A DNA stretch of 64,000 nt from Geosiphon pyriformis uo1 (lineage: Eukaryota > Fungi > Glomeromycota): the NCBI GenBank assembly GCA_016748015.1, contig JAAOMT010000134.1, positions 750,757-814,756 of the forward strand. The letters run 5' to 3'. The stretch's first letter is position 1; each line of letters starts with the position of its first letter. Made by a program: the position numbers and the translations under genes. The notes under the pieces were generated by a model. It made no database searches. It saw nothing but the letters and a program-made list of their open reading frames with translations, and was not told where the DNA came from. Positions 24,301 to 38,611 of this stretch are shown piece by piece.

Positions 24301-27300
24301 GGGAAACTGACAACAACCAAGAAGAGCTAATAAATTAGGAGTGGGAGAAAAATGCAAAAGAAAAAGGAAAGGGGAAGGAAGAAGAACCAATATCACTTAT
24401 TACTACCACTTATAATCACTATACCTACACTACACCACAATGATCCACCTATCACCAATCAAAGCTCATATGTGCCAATTGTGGCAAGAAATTGTCATCA
24501 ATAGGTGCATGCTGTAATGATAACAATAAATACACAATAATAACAAAATTCTATTGCCACTCATGCATCTTCGAATGCTTTGGAAGACCAAAACAAGTTG
24601 GAAAGTGGGATAATGAACCATGTTTGGCTTGTGGAAAAACTCTTCTAGACAAAGAAATATAGAACAACATTCCTGAATGAAGAGGAACATGCGATAAATT
24701 GTGTTAATACACAATTTTTATAAGTAACTGTGTAGAAAAAAAAACACCCATAGAAGCTGCTTAGAGATGAACAGTTAAACGTCTGAATGGATATCCACAT
24801 GACAACAATGAAATCTGGCAAATGGCACTTGCCAAAATAGAAGGAGTGTCATCAGAAGAAATAAAAACAATTAAAAATAATCCACTTGAACCTATAGAAC
24901 TTAACTGGAACCCAGAACCAGTCATAAATCTCCTGGATTCAAAACAATTTCATAAACACTACCAGGAATTAGCACTCACTAGAGAGGAACAAAAGCAATA
25001 GTTGAAATAAATAAATACAAGACTATATGACTATTGCTTAATTCCATGTGACTTTTAATATTATAATAAGTGTAATCTTATTTACAATTCACCAATCCAC
25101 ATGATCTACATGATCCCAGAAGAAGAGGAACCAATCAGCAGCTGTACATTAGAATTAGAATCAACTTGCAATCCTAATTCAAACTCCGACAACAATAACA
25201 ATAAAAACAATAGTTCCAGCTCTGCTCAATATGACAATGGAAAATATAGTGATTCAAACTCCAATTTAAACCTCAAAACATACATCACACTCCCTGATCT
25301 CACCAAAGAACAGGAACTTAAATGGTTCAGTGATAATAATAAAAGTATTATGCTAGAACACGTACATGATATTGATACAAAATTTGATCTAAGATATTTG
25401 GGAAAAAATCTCATCAAATTGGAACTCCATTTGCACACTTGCATTGATCTCAAAATAGTATTGGAAATTCTAGCAACAACAATGGTTCAGTTAGCATCTA
25501 GAAGTAGCTTAGCCAAAAAAGAAATCAACATCAGAGGAGAAATAATTGATGCAGAATACATAGGAAATATCATTGCAATGCTACAAAATGACTTAGAAAA
25601 GGCATATATTATAGATCCAAATGAAAAGATAACATAGACAATATTTCTGTCTTTGGTTAAAATAGCTCAATTAGTATTAGTGGGAAACAGGGAAAAATTA
25701 GAAATTACAGCTAGAGGAATGCAGGAATTTGAATCCACAGATAGAATAAATGTACCGGTAAATATGGCAGAGAAAAAAATTATTAACAAGAGAGAAATTA
25801 TTTTCACCCATCAACCAATTTCTATTCTACTATATGACTAGTACATGGTAGTCATAGAAAGAAAAGTAAAAGATCAGATACAGATTTTTGAAGCGGAAGC
25901 AATACTTTGTGAATCAAAAAAGATCAGATTAGTCAATCTACACATATCAGCCAAAAATCATAGCCACATTAAAATCCTTATTTACAACAATATGGAAGAC
26001 ATTATTAAGATACCAGAAGGAACCACCATTGGATACTTAACCACAGAAATTAAAAATCAATTCTCAGACATTATTCCAGACTTTTCACAACTGTGTAGAT
26101 ATGGAATTATTACATCTCAAACCATATATAGATGAGAAAAATGTTATTTGCTCCAATCAGAACAATTGGAACAAATAAACATAGAAAACTTAGATCCATT
26201 ACAATGTATGCAGCTCAAAATGTTACTCAACAATTTCAATGACATCTTTACCAGTGAAAATGAATTTGGCAGAACTGACATCATCCAACATCAAATCAAG
26301 ACTAAAGATACAATGCCAATTAAACAGAGAGCATACAGAATACCACTAGCTAGCCATGAGATTATTCATCAAGAAATTAATTGGATGCTTGACAATGGGC
26401 TAATTCAGCCATCAATGAGTCCATGGTCATTACCAGTGGTACTAGTTCAGAAAAAAAATGGAAAAATCTACTTTTGTGTAGATTACCAGAAGTTGAATGA
26501 AGTAATCAAAGGAGATAGCTATCCAATGCCAAAAATCCAAGAACTGTTTGATGCTTTTGGAGGAAAAAAATAATTTTCAACATTAGACTTAGACAGTGGT
26601 TACTGGCAAGCAGTCATGAAACCAGAAGACAAGAAGAAAACAGCTTTTACAACTTGAAAAAGAAATTTTGAATTTGAAGTAATGTTATTTGGCTTGATAA
26701 ACACTCCAGCAATATTCCAATAGCTCATGGAAATTGTCTATACTAGATTACTGTGGAAATCAATAGTTGTTTACTTAGATAACACCAATGTGTTCTTAGA
26801 GATATTTGATGATCATCTGTATCATCTTCAACAAGTATTTGAAAGATTGAGAAGAGCAGAATTGAAATTAAATGTGACCAAGTGTTTTTTCAGCAAAACA
26901 GAGTTGAAATTTTTGGGACATGTCATAAGCAAAAATAGCATTAAAACAGATCCAGATAAAATTGCAATAGTAAAAAACTTTTCAATACTAACCAACTTGA
27001 TGGAACTGAGAATATTTTTGGGATTTACTGGATATTATTGCCATTTCATCAAAAACTTTTCTAAACTGGCCCAGCCACTTTATTACTTACAAACTAAGAA
27101 TATAAAATATGAATAAACAAAAGCTCAACAAGAAGTATTCAACACACTGAGAAGAAAGCTTATTTAAGCTCTAGTGTTGATATATTCAGATTACAACAAA
27201 CCATTTATCATTATCACTGATATATCAGGCCAGACATTGGGAACAGTACTATTACAGAGAGGACCAGATAGAAGAAAGCATCCAGTAGCTTATACTAGTA

Positions 27301-27575
27301 GAAGCTTAAGTCCAGCTGAAAAGAACTATGAAACTCCAGCACTAGAACACTTAGCTATCTATTGGGCTGTTATCAAGTGAAAAGAATACTTGAGTCAAAA
27401 GTTTGATGTGTACACTGATCACAAAGGATTGACTTCAATTCAAAAGCAGAAATTTGAAGATAACTGCCATGTCAGATAGAAAATAGAACTTTCACTATTT
27501 AATTATACAGTACATTATAAAAAAAGAAAAGAAAACAGAAATGCCAACAGTCTGTCATAAATGAGACAAATCTAA
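21381..27575 (+). pseudogene. Copy A gag-protease-Cys-rich-dUTPase-RT-RNase H
   Basis: Fragments collinear with copy B (LILNNGSAGS, DTKFDL/RSSL, CVDYQKLN, IITDISG); ends RQI-TAA at 27573-27575. Confidence 0.85.
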
Positions 27576-27605
27576 AAACATTTCAACCCAAAAATATAAC
27601 AAAAG

Positions 27606-28988
27606 ATGAATATACAAAAATACCAACAACTACAACATTATATAAATACCCAATTGTTCAAGGAGAAATTATCTCAAAAGGAACAAAGAAACATAAAACA
27701 ACAATCAAAATATTTTATCAACTATCAAAATATACTTTACTGAAAGAACAGAAGAAATCTAGATTAACCAACTAGAGTAATCACAGAACCAGAAAAAAAG
27801 ACAATATTATTTAATATGTACTCAAATCCAACAGCAAAACATTTTTATAAAGAAGCAACCATAGAAAGAACCAGAAAAAGATATTATTGGCTATTAATGT
27901 ATCCAAACATTATCCAATATGTTCAAAATTGTAATGCTTGTCAGAGAAGAGAAGGAACAAGACCCAGTAAACCATTAAGACCAATTAAAGTGGAACAACC
28001 ATTTGATCATATCAGGATTGACTTAGTCAGACCATTAACAATCACCAGTAGAGACAACAGATATATTGCAGTAATCATAGACTATCTCACTAAATGGCCA
28101 GAAGCAAGAGTCATTCAAAGAGCAGATGCAGAATCTGTTGCTGAATTTGTTTATCAAGACTTAATATGTTAACACAGATGTCCAAAAGAACTATTATCTG
28201 ATCAAGAAACTTATTTTGTAAATAGAATATTGGCAGAATTAAGTCAAAGATTTGGAATAAAAAGACCATTATCATCATCATACCATCTACAAACAAATGG
28301 ACTAGTTGAAAGATTTAACAAAACATTATGTGAAGCCATTGCCAAAATTAGCCAAAAAAACCAGGATGAATGGAATTTGATTATACCATCAGTATTATTT
28401 GCTTATCGGACAATGAAGCAAAACACTATACAAATAACACTATTTGAATTAGTATATGGTAAAACAACAACATTACTAGTTGAGATAGAAGTTAAAACCT
28501 ATTTAACAAAACCAATAACAGAAGAAAATTTCCAAAGAACATTGTTGAGAAAAACAAATGACTTAATGGAAACACTAGAAAACACATGGTGAAAAACAGC
28601 TGATAACATCTAAAAGTCATAAGAAAAACAAAAAAAAAGACATGATAACCAACTACCAGATAAACCAGTTAAATTCAAGATTGGAGACAAAGTACTTTTA
28701 CATCGTACCAAAGCAGAAAAACAATGGAGTGGAAAATTTGACTCCAAATAAGACAGACCATTTCACATAGAAGAAATTCTTGGAAATAGAGCTTATAAAT
28801 TAAGATGGAACAACAAAATCTTAGTCAAAGCAGTACATGAGAATTAACTGAAACCATATTATCATATAGTGTCACCATTCACCAGTAATATTCCACAATT
28901 AAGAGTACAGAGAATACTAGTCCAACCAAATGAGATTCTATGAGATCTGGAACCAATCATAATCATTGGACCAAACATGTCACATTAA
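27606..28988 (+). pseudogene. Copy A integrase ORF
   Basis: ATG AAT ATA CAA at 27606; CNACQ, YHLQTNGLVERFN; stop TAA at 28986-28988. Confidence 0.85.
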
Positions 28989-29011
28989 ACAAGAAAAAAG
29001 AATATAAAGAC

Positions 29012-29680
29012 ATGGTAGATGTGACAGAAGACTTTAGAAAAATGGAAATTACCAATAACATCCACTTACTAGCACAACAATTTTTCCAACTAATTCAACA
29101 ACAGAAGATAAAAATTACTATTAATCAACAAACTATTCAATACTAAAATACCAGAAAGATACCCAAATACAAAAGTCAAAGAAAAACAGAAACCACTATT
29201 GACAAAATGATTCTGAAAATAAAATTAGCAATAGAAGAACCAACAAGTATCACCACATATTAAGAGTTGACCAAAGAAACTTAGAAATAGTAGATACACA
29301 AATTTCCAAAAAACTTTTGTTATTTCCACTTGGAATGACACTTGAATATTCAGAACTTATACACGAATAAAACAAAACAATTATTCAACACAACAGTACT
29401 GCAACAACTGGAACAATTTGTGGGAAAAAACAATTTAATTACACAAGCCAGAGCCATCTATAGACTACATATGGAATTCCAAGACAGACCAGAAATCTTA
29501 CTTAATCTAGAATTGGACTCCATTATAGTTAACCAAATAGGCAAAATAACTAACACCCAATTTAAAGAATTACAGAACAAGATAACCCAAGTAATTTTCA
29601 AAAAAGAAGTTCAAGAGATACTCAATAATAGAGAATTAGAGTTAAGAGATTTGGGAAATCTTGACAGAGCTCAATATTAA
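29012..29680 (+). pseudogene. Copy A ORF3, unknown protein
   Basis: MVDVTEDFRKMEIT... to ...DRAQY*, ending at the PPT. Confidence 0.75.
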
Positions 29681-29694
29681 AAAGGAGGGAATAA

Positions 29695-30443
29695 TGTTAC
29701 TCATAGAATATAGGAAATATATTAGTATATAAATTAGCCAATCAGAAGTAGCTGTAGTAAATATGGAATTCCAGAATTCTTGGTGTGAAGAATTGAGGAA
29801 TTGAGAAATCTCAATTATGTATATATAGCAATAATGCTAAAAATAGAAAGGACAGAATCTTTCAGTTAGAGATCTCTCAGTTTAGATCTGATCTAAGCAA
29901 CTTTCTATTCCCAAATATTAATAAATAATTATTTACTATCTTAATCCACTCTCCACTATCAATACTTCATGTTGATAGTAATTGATACTTAACTACATTA
30001 GAACAATAGCTCTTGATTACAGCTATTGACAAGATACTAACTTGCAATTGCTTTTGTTTATTTTTTTATCTTCTTTTATTTTCTTTATTTTTTTTGTATT
30101 TCTTGTTGGTTGACTAATTGATTAAGGATTAAAGTGTTGAGTTACAGACATCATAGGGACTGGTAAAAGACCCGTAAAACAAGAGTAGAATACTTATAGA
30201 TTTGAGGATAGCTTACCAGAAGAATTACCAGCCACCATGCTGAGAAAAAAATTCGATGGAATTGTGATTTCAGGAGACTATTTAACAATGGTTGAATCTC
30301 TGTCTATTATACAAAGAACTCAACCAAAACTTCAGATAAAGACAAAGTACCAATCTTACTAACATCATCTACCAGACTAGTCACTGAGCACCAAGTTATG
30401 GGTTTGTTATTTGCCTTGAGACCCCAATTAATTATCTGTAATA
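29695..30443 (+). repeat. Copy A 3' LTR (U3 repeat array deleted)
   Basis: PPT AAAAAGGAGGGAATAA then TGTTAC; ends TGTAATA. Confidence 0.9.
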
Positions 30444-30970
30444 CTGACCAAGGAATTAACCAGCCTTAAATCAAGGCATTTTTTGAAACTTGCACACTTA
30501 TGGAAACTGTTCTCATTAAAATCACCACTGAAAATGACAAAAAAAAATTTATTGACAGCCTTTGCAATAAGAGAGTTGACATCAACAGCCTGAGAAAACT
30601 AAACTACCAAAGAAGTACAAGTGTAAAACCCCAAAATTGACATCAAATGTTTATTCTTGAAAAGCAATTTGATAGATAGAAGCTGACCAGACATCTCTGA
30701 AACCTTGCATACATGTTTTGCCAAAGAAAAGTTTATAACAACCACAACACTAGCACCTAGATAACCAGGTTTCAAACCAGAAGTAAACACCTACACATCA
30801 CCAAACTTGTTAACAATCCAGGTGTAAACCTTTTCTTTTAACTTTGATTCTGTAAAAATAGAAACTAAATTGTTTATATCTCTGTGCCAACAAATAATAT
30901 TATCTTGTTTTGCAGAATTGTTTATTTTTCTGACATTACAAGTAACAATTTTTCATACCAAACCACTCAT
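30444..30970 (-). pseudogene. LINE-1 ORF2 N-terminus (AP endonuclease)
   Basis: ATG at 30970, then SGLV(W)KIVTCNVR; FTSGLKPGYLGASV matches the LINE-2 APE. Confidence 0.8.
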
Positions 30971-32840
30971 TGAAAAGCAAAAGACACCCAAAAACCTGAA
31001 CCAGCACACAACTAATCTAACTTCACCAAAACTAAACCAATCAAGGCTTCAAAAGCCACCAACTTGGACTCTAAACAGCCCACCTTAGTCATCAAAATTC
31101 TTGAGCTACTGAGACTCAGATCCAGAACAACAAAGAAAAGTGCAGGCACTACCACAGAATCATTTAAAACTATATCCAAGTTTGAATTCATATTAATGTT
31201 TATTGGGACAACTAAATGACCAAAAAAAGGAAGGGCAGTTAAAGACACCAATTCCATGCTACTAAATTTGCACACAATGCCTAAAACCTGATCACCCAAA
31301 AGCTCTAAGAAACATTCCAAAAAGGCCAAAAAATTGTCCAAAGATGAATTGTTGATTAGGACAAGAAAAAAACCACCATCCAAACCTGAAACACCAGAAA
31401 AAAAAACCAAAACCAGAATCAAACTGAAGACCACCAGAAAAAAATGTAGAAGAGACTACTTGAGCCCATAACTTGCCACCAAAAGCAGCAGGATGAGAAA
31501 TAGAAACATTTTTCTTGGCATATAACCTGGCCAACTAAAGATAATTCACATTAGAAGCATTTCTTTTAAAGTTTTTTTAGAAGGAGCAGACACCAAAGTG
31601 TCAGAAACATCACATTCTAAAGCTAAGTGTTCAAACTTCCCACATCTTTTACACCGAACCAAGTTCAATCTAGTCCAAGAAAGTCTCATGCCACCAAAAA
31701 TTGGTTTAGTGTAAAATACAGATTCAAGCTCATTTTCAAATTCAAAACCAATAACAGTATAGCAAGTCTGGTTGCCAGTCTCCAGAAAACGATTGATCAT
31801 ACAAGTTTTTCCACCAGCCCCTTCCAAAAGAGTACCAAGATTGTGCACAGTTGTTTCTACCAGCAAAGTAAACAAAAATACTCTAAAGTAATTCCTAAAC
31901 ATCTAAGTATTCCGATCTCTCACAGTTATAGCCACATGCACTGAGTCTTTTCCAATGAGGAATGATTATCTTAATGCCAGTTGCTTTGCCTGCTCCAATT
32001 TGGTGAATTTTACCACAGTCTTTTGCCACATTTCAATCAGCTGAATCTTGATCAACTTAATATTACCAAACTCAGATACTGTGGCGACAATCATCTCCTT
32101 TGGTATATCTATGGGAATTTTTTTGATTACTATGACCCAATCTGAATAAATTTTTTGTTTTTTTAGATTACTGTTTATGTTAATCTCTTTTTTTTTGGCC
32201 AATAATACAGCCTTAATCATGCTCTCCTCAGAAGTAAATGTTGATCAAATAATCCCCTTAAATTTTGAAAGGGTAGTGGTTTCCCCAAAACCATCAATTA
32301 AAGAAAAAATTTTTCTGATGAATTAAGTCTTTGCTGTTGTCAATTTCTCTTTCATAGCATTAAGATTGATATCAAGAGCAAAAGACTTATTAACAAATAC
32401 TTCAACCTGGGTTTTAATAATTTTTAGGTCAATCTATTTCTTGTTGAGAGAAATCTTAAAAGGAGGAGGAAAGAGTCCATTATTTTCATCTATGCCATAA
32501 TCAATTGAGCCAAGAGGAGAGCCACAAACTAGGCCAGTATTAAATCTTTTAGCTTTAAAGGTGTTTGTCACCAAACCAAGAAGAGAATTATTGTTAGTAC
32601 TAAGAAAGACATCTTCATTACTACTATTTCCAGATATGCTGTTCATGTCCGAATATACACTACTACTAGGATCAGGTTTGACTAAAGAAATATCTTTTTC
32701 ATTCCCTAAATGTTTAACATTACCAACAGAAATCTTCTTTTTTTAAGAAAAAAACCTCCCAACAGGACCATAAAGAACTCTCTTGAGCACTTTTTTTTTG
32801 GACATAGCACTACTTGAAGCAGCAGCCAGATTTACCACAA
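30967..32840 (-). pseudogene. LINE-1 ORF1 (nucleic-acid-binding protein with CCHC knuckle)
   Basis: CKRCGKFEHLALEC; VIVIKKIPIDIP and KLIKIQLI are homologous to LINE-2 ORF1; start position approximate. Confidence 0.75.
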
Positions 32841-33099
32841 AAGGATTATTTAATTGAGAAATGTTTGCAAGAGATAACCAATAAAACAAAAAAAACTTCT
32901 TTTTTAAAAATGCTCTTTGGGGATTTAGTGGGAAATAAGAAAGAAAGAAGTTATTGTAATTAATTATTATAATCTGAAAATTTAGTTAAACTTAAAAATT
33001 TTTGTTATTAGATTTTTTGTAAAAAACAAAAATTCAGATTGCAATAATTAATAATTTTTAATTTTTTAATTTTTTATTATTATAATTAATATTATAAAT

Positions 33100-33390
33100 A
33101 ATTAAATAGTATATTAATTTATAAGTTAACATTTTTATATTATTGAATAAATCTAAAGATTTTGGTTATTTAAAAATTTTGTTAATTAAGTTTTTTGTAT
33201 AATAAACAAAAATTTAATAATAATAACAAATAATATTTAATGTTTAACTTTTTTAATACAATAATCAATTTATTTTGATGTTTTTTCTTTTTTTAATAAA
33301 TAATTTAATAAATTAATTTTATATTTTTTACTAAATAATTTGAATAATAAATTTATTAAAAATATATTTATTTTAAGTATTAAATTCTTA
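33100..33390 (-). repeat. Highly eroded LTR fragment
   Basis: 33170-33225 resembles the LTR segment GAAGGTTTTGGTTGAGTTTTTTGTATAATGCACAGAGATTCAATA after C>T/G>A change; boundaries approximate. Confidence 0.4.
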
Positions 33391-33399
33391 ATTATTAAA

Positions 33400-34137
33400 G
33401 TTTTTTTTATTAATATTTAACAAGTAAAGTCTAACTATTATTTAATACATATAATTAAACTAAATAACTTAAACTAAATGTAGTTTATACTTTTATTACA
33501 TATAGCCAGCCATTTAGGCCAGGCAAAACAATATTAAATATTTATATTAATATATGTACTTCTACTTAAACCAAAAAAGAAAAAACATAGTTTGTATCTA
33601 TTAAAGCTAATTATAAAATATTTTATTATATTAAGTAACTAAATTATCTTATCTAATAACATATACACTATACAACAAAACAAATCTAAAACCAAATTAC
33701 TATCTTTGACTAATCCAGCTTTCTTCATTTTTATTCTATACTTAAACTTTATAAGCCAAATCTTAGTGCAATATAATTTAACTAAATGTTTTACATACTT
33801 AATAAAAACAGAAACAGCTTTTATCCTCTTATAAAAAACTGTAACAATCTCAACACACTAGTCTTTTAACACAAAATTTTTGCAAATTGTTATGTATAAA
33901 TTCATATTTAAAAAACACTAAGAAAATATTTACAGAATAACAGAAAAAGATAAATAGTAAACACTTATCAATAATACTTATATTATATAAGTTTTCTTCA
34001 AAATTTTTACTTGAATGCCATTATTTCTAGTACAAATAAAAACATGATTAGATAATTCTACTTTACTATACAATAAACATAATATATTATAATATGCTTT
34101 GTCATATAATCTCTTTTTAATTGCTACTAGTAGCTAT
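33400..34137 (-). mobile_element. LINE-3: eroded 3' fragment of a related LINE
   Basis: 33420-33525 aligns with the LINE-2 3'UTR (47011-47115); 34020-34137 corresponds to the C-terminal CCHC region. Confidence 0.7.
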
Positions 34138-36477
34138 TATTACAAGTGCTTATTTAAGGTGTTAGAACAAATAACAAATTTGTAACTTGGTGTTCAATAG
34201 TTAAGAATGTTGGTAATTTCTGAAAGTTTTGGAGTCTAAAGATTTTTGTTGAGTTCTTTATATAATAAACAGAAATTCAATTAATGGTTTCTTTTATAAA
34301 TTTTCAGTATAATGAGTTTATTTTAACAATTATACATTTCTGATAAGTTATTCTTAAATTTTTATTCTTGTTTCTGAATTTTCTATCAGGCTATTTTTAA
34401 CATTAATTACTTAATACTTAATTTTTTTAATTAATTAGTAGACAACAAAGAAATAAAACAAAATAAAAATAAAATAAAATAAAAAAATTAAAAATTAGTA
34501 TTCTATTAATAACCATAATCAAGAGTTATTGGTTCAGTATAATTAAGTATTAGATTTTATTAACATAAAGTATTAATAGTATAGAATATATTAATATTTT
34601 TTTAATTAAGTAATGATAATATGAATTTAGATAATAATAAATATTTATTAATATAAGTATAATTTTATTTTAAGTTATAGAAAAACTATTTTTTAAACAA
34701 AGAAGTATTGTTGTTCTGAACTGAATTGTTTGTCTTTTTTGCTTTTAATACTCTTACTATATATACATAATTCGTGTTATATAAAATTTCTTAAAATCTT
34801 TTAATTTCTTTAAAAAAAATTCTGGAATTCTGGAATTTTAAAATCTTGCAATTTTTCTTTTTTATTATATTTATTTCTAATTGGCTATTTTATTTACTTA
34901 TTATAATTTTTAATTTTTATGAATAATATTATTCTTTTTTTTTAATATTGAGCTTTATTAAAATTTTCTAAATTTTTCTCTTAGATTAGCTTTAGAACTT
35001 TTTTCTCAAGAATTGTTTTTGTAATTCTGGTTTGCAATTCTTCAAATTAGATATTGGTTAATTTTCTCAGTTGATTGATAGTTACTGTACTTATTTTTGG
35101 GTGTAGTAATATTTTTAACCAATTCTGAAATCTTATTTATAGTCAGTAGATAACTTTTATATATGTGAATAAATTGTTTTTTTCCATAACTTGTTTAATT
35201 TGTTGTACTATAGTTGAATTAAATATTCTTTTGGTCTTATTTGTGTATAAGTTCTGAATATTTATTTTTTGTTTTTAATTGATAGTAACAGAAGTTTTTA
35301 AAAATTTGTTGTGTTTATTAATTCTAATTTTCTAAAATAAATTCTTTATTTGGTATTAATATTCTTGAAGTTTCTAATATCTTTTCTACTTTTCTTATTA
35401 TTTTGTCTACTGGATTTTCAAAAGTATGATATCTGAGATATTGTTTTTTACTTTAAAATCTTTAAGTTATTTTCTTGTCTTTATATTGTATTGTTTGTTT
35501 ATTAATAATAACTTTAAGACTTAATTTCTGATGTTAGATAAGTTATAAAAATTATTGTGTGACTGAGTGAATATTGTTAGTAATTTTTATTTTTATTATT
35601 ACTTTTATTACATGTTGTTACAGGTAATTATTTCTGCTGTTGAATTAAATAACAAACCTGTAACTTGGTGCTTAAAAGCTATTTCCGTGGATGAGATTCT
35701 GCAAGTGTTGTATCTGAAGGTTTTGGTGGAGTCCTTTGTATAATGGACAGAGATTCAATAGTGTTAATAGTAGATGTATCTTTCCAAAAGTTTTTCCAAT
35801 TTCTTTCTTAGCGTGGTGGCCGGATTTAATCTGGCAGTCATGCCTTTCTGGTAAGCTATCTAATAATATATAAAATCCTACCCTTATTTTTGGGCCTTTT
35901 ACCAGGCTATCCTTGACATCAATAATTCAGTGTTTAATTTTTTAATCAATTAGTATACAACAACAAAATCAAAAAAAGAAAAAAAATAAAATAAAGAAAA
36001 TAAAATAAAGAAAATAGAGAAAATAAGCCAAGGCAATTTGGTATGTTAGTATCTCATCAATAGCCATGATCAAGAGCTATTGTTCTAGCATGATCAAGTA
36101 TCAATTATTATCAACATAAAGTATTGATAGTGGAGAGTGGGTTGAGATATGAAATAATCATTTATTTGATAATTGAGAACTGAAATGTTGCTTAGATTAA
36201 ATCTAAACTGATAGGTTTGTTTTTTCAGCTTCTAATCCTGTTGCTATATATACATAATTGAGATTCCTCAATTTCTTGATTCTTCATGACAGGAATCTTG
36301 GAATTTCTGGAATCCTGTAATTTCTTTAAAAGGAATTCTGGAATTCTGGAATCTTGCGATTCCTCGTTGGGGAATCCTGAAATTCCACATTTACTACATC
36401 TACCTCTGATTGGCTAATATCTACTGACTAATAATATTATATTTCCTATATTCTATAAGTAACATTATTCCCTCCTT

Positions 36478-37138
36478 TTAATATTGAGCTCCGTCGAAAT
36501 CTAATTCATTTAATTCTTCCTCTTGAAGTATTTTCTGAATTTCATTTTTGAGAATTATTTGTGTTATTTGAGTTCGTAATTTTTCAAATTGAGCATTAGT
36601 GATTTTTCCCAATTGATTACTGGTAACTGTATTTATTGCTTTGTTAAGTAAGATTTCTGGTCAATTCTGAAATGCTGTGTGTATTCGGTATATAGCTCGA
36701 ACTTGTGTGGATAAGCTGTTTTTTTCCCACAAAATGTTCTAGTTGTTGTAGTATTGTTGTGTTGAATAACCACTTTGTTTTATCCATATATAAGTTCTGG
36801 ATATTCATGTGTTGTCCCAAGTAAAAATAACAATAGTTTTTTGGAAATTGTTATATCCACTAAGTCCAAGTTTCCCTGATAAGTTCTTGGTGTAATCCGA
36901 CTATTTGTTGTTCTTTCATGGCCAATTTTATCTTAGTCATGATCTTGTCAACCATGTTTTCAAGTCTTTTCTGTGCTTTGTTTTGTGGTATTTTTGCCGT
37001 ATTTTTGTAATGAATGGTTTGTTAATTGATGGTAATTTCCATCTTCTGGTGTTGGATTAATTGAAAAATTTGTTGGGCTAGTGAATGGATATTGTCCATA
37101 ATCTCCATTTTTCTGTTCTTTTCTGTTATGTCAACCAT
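36478..37138 (-). pseudogene. Copy C ORF3
   Basis: ATG GTT GAC ATA at 37138; ends GAC GGA GCT CAA TAT TAA at the PPT. Confidence 0.75.
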
Positions 37139-37161
37139 GTTCTTATATATTCTTTTGTTGA

Positions 37162-38532
37162 TCAATTGGACGTGTTGTTGTCAATGATAATAATTGGTTC
37201 CAAATTTCATGGAATTTCATCTAATTGGACTAGTATTCTCTGTACTCCTAATTGTGGAATATTACTGATAGATAATGATGCTATATGATAGTATGGTTTC
37301 AGTCGATCTCCATGTACTACTTTGGTTAAAATTTTGTTATCCAGTCTTAATTTGTAAGCTTCATTTTCTAGAATTTCTTCTATGTGAAATGGTCCATCCC
37401 ATTTGGGGTCAAATTTTCCACTCCATTGTTTTTCCGCTTTGGTACAATGTAAAAGTACTTTGTCTCCAATCTTGAATTCAATTGGTTTGTCTAGTAGTTG
37501 ACTATTGTGTCTTTTTTTCTGTTTCTCTTGTGATCTTTGAATATTATCAGCTGTTCTTTTTTGTTTGTTTTCTAATGTTTCCATTAAATCATATGTTCTT
37601 CTCAGCAATATTTTTTGAAAATTTTTTTCTGTTATTGGTTCAGCTGGATATGTATTAATTTCTCTTTCTACTGGTAATGTTGCTGTTCTACCGTACACTA
37701 ATTCAAATGGTGTTGCTTGTGTAGTATTTTGCTTCATTGTCCAATAAACAAATAATACTAATGGTATGAACAAATCCCATTCATCTTGGTTTTCTTGGCT
37801 GAGTTTGGCAATTGCTTCACACAATGTTCTGTTAAATCTTTCGACTAATCTGTTGGTTTGTGGATGATATGGTGATGATAATGGTCTCTTAATTCTGAAT
37901 CTTTGGCTCAATTCTGTTAATGTTCTGTTCACAAAATAAGTTCCTTGGTCTGATAATAATTCTTTTGAACATCCATGTTGACAGATCAAATTCTGATGAA
38001 TGAATTCAGCAACGGATTCTGCATCTGCTCTTTGAATTGCTTTCACCTCTGGCCATTTAGTGACTACTGCTATGTACCTGTTTCCTCCACTGGTAATTGT
38101 TAATGGTCCAACTAAATCAATTCCAACATGGTCAAATAATTGTTCTACTTTGATTGGTCTTAATGGTTTACTGGGTTTCATATCTCCTCTTTGTTGACAA
38201 GCATCACAATTTTGAACATATTGGATGATGTCTGGATACATTGATGGCCAATAGTATCTTTTTCTGGTTCTTTCCATAGTTGCTTCTTTGTGAAAATGTC
38301 CTGCTGTTGGATTTGAGTACATGTTAAATAATATTGTCTCTTTTTCTGGTTCTGTAACTACTCTGGTTAGTTGATCTGGATTTTTTCTATTTTTCTAATA
38401 AAGTATATTTTAGTGGGTGATAAAATATTTTGATTGTTGTTTGATACTTTTTCGTTCCATTTGAGATAAATTTTTCTTGAACTGTTGAGTGTTTATATAA
38501 TGTTGCAGTTGTTAATATTTTTGTATGTTCAT
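37162..38532 (-). pseudogene. Copy C integrase ORF
   Basis: 371-aa open stretch with HHCC, GIDLVGP, LSDQG, ERFNRTL, WDGPFHI; own ATG at 38532. Confidence 0.9.
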
Positions 38533-38611
38533 CTTTTGTTTTTGTTTTTTTTTTTGTTTTTTTTTTGTTGGTATTGTTCTGGTTTTGTTATATTTTTGTG
38601 TTAAAATGTTC

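Larger units (their letters stand above)
9316..30443 (+). mobile_element. Ty3/gypsy LTR retrotransposon copy A (5' LTR split by copy B)
   Basis: 5' LTR 9316-10034 + 21167-21318; PBS 21321-21337; PPT 29679-29694; 3' LTR 29695-30443; eroded 4-bp TSD TTAA/CTGA inside the LINE-1 APE. Confidence 0.9.
5025..32951 (-). mobile_element. LINE-1: full-length non-LTR retrotransposon with RNase H, interrupted by LTR element A
   Basis: Poly(T) at 5023-5032; TSD TATTGTAATT at 5015-5024 and 32952-32961; ORF fragments collinear with LINE-2; sequence rejoins across 9315/30444. Confidence 0.9.
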
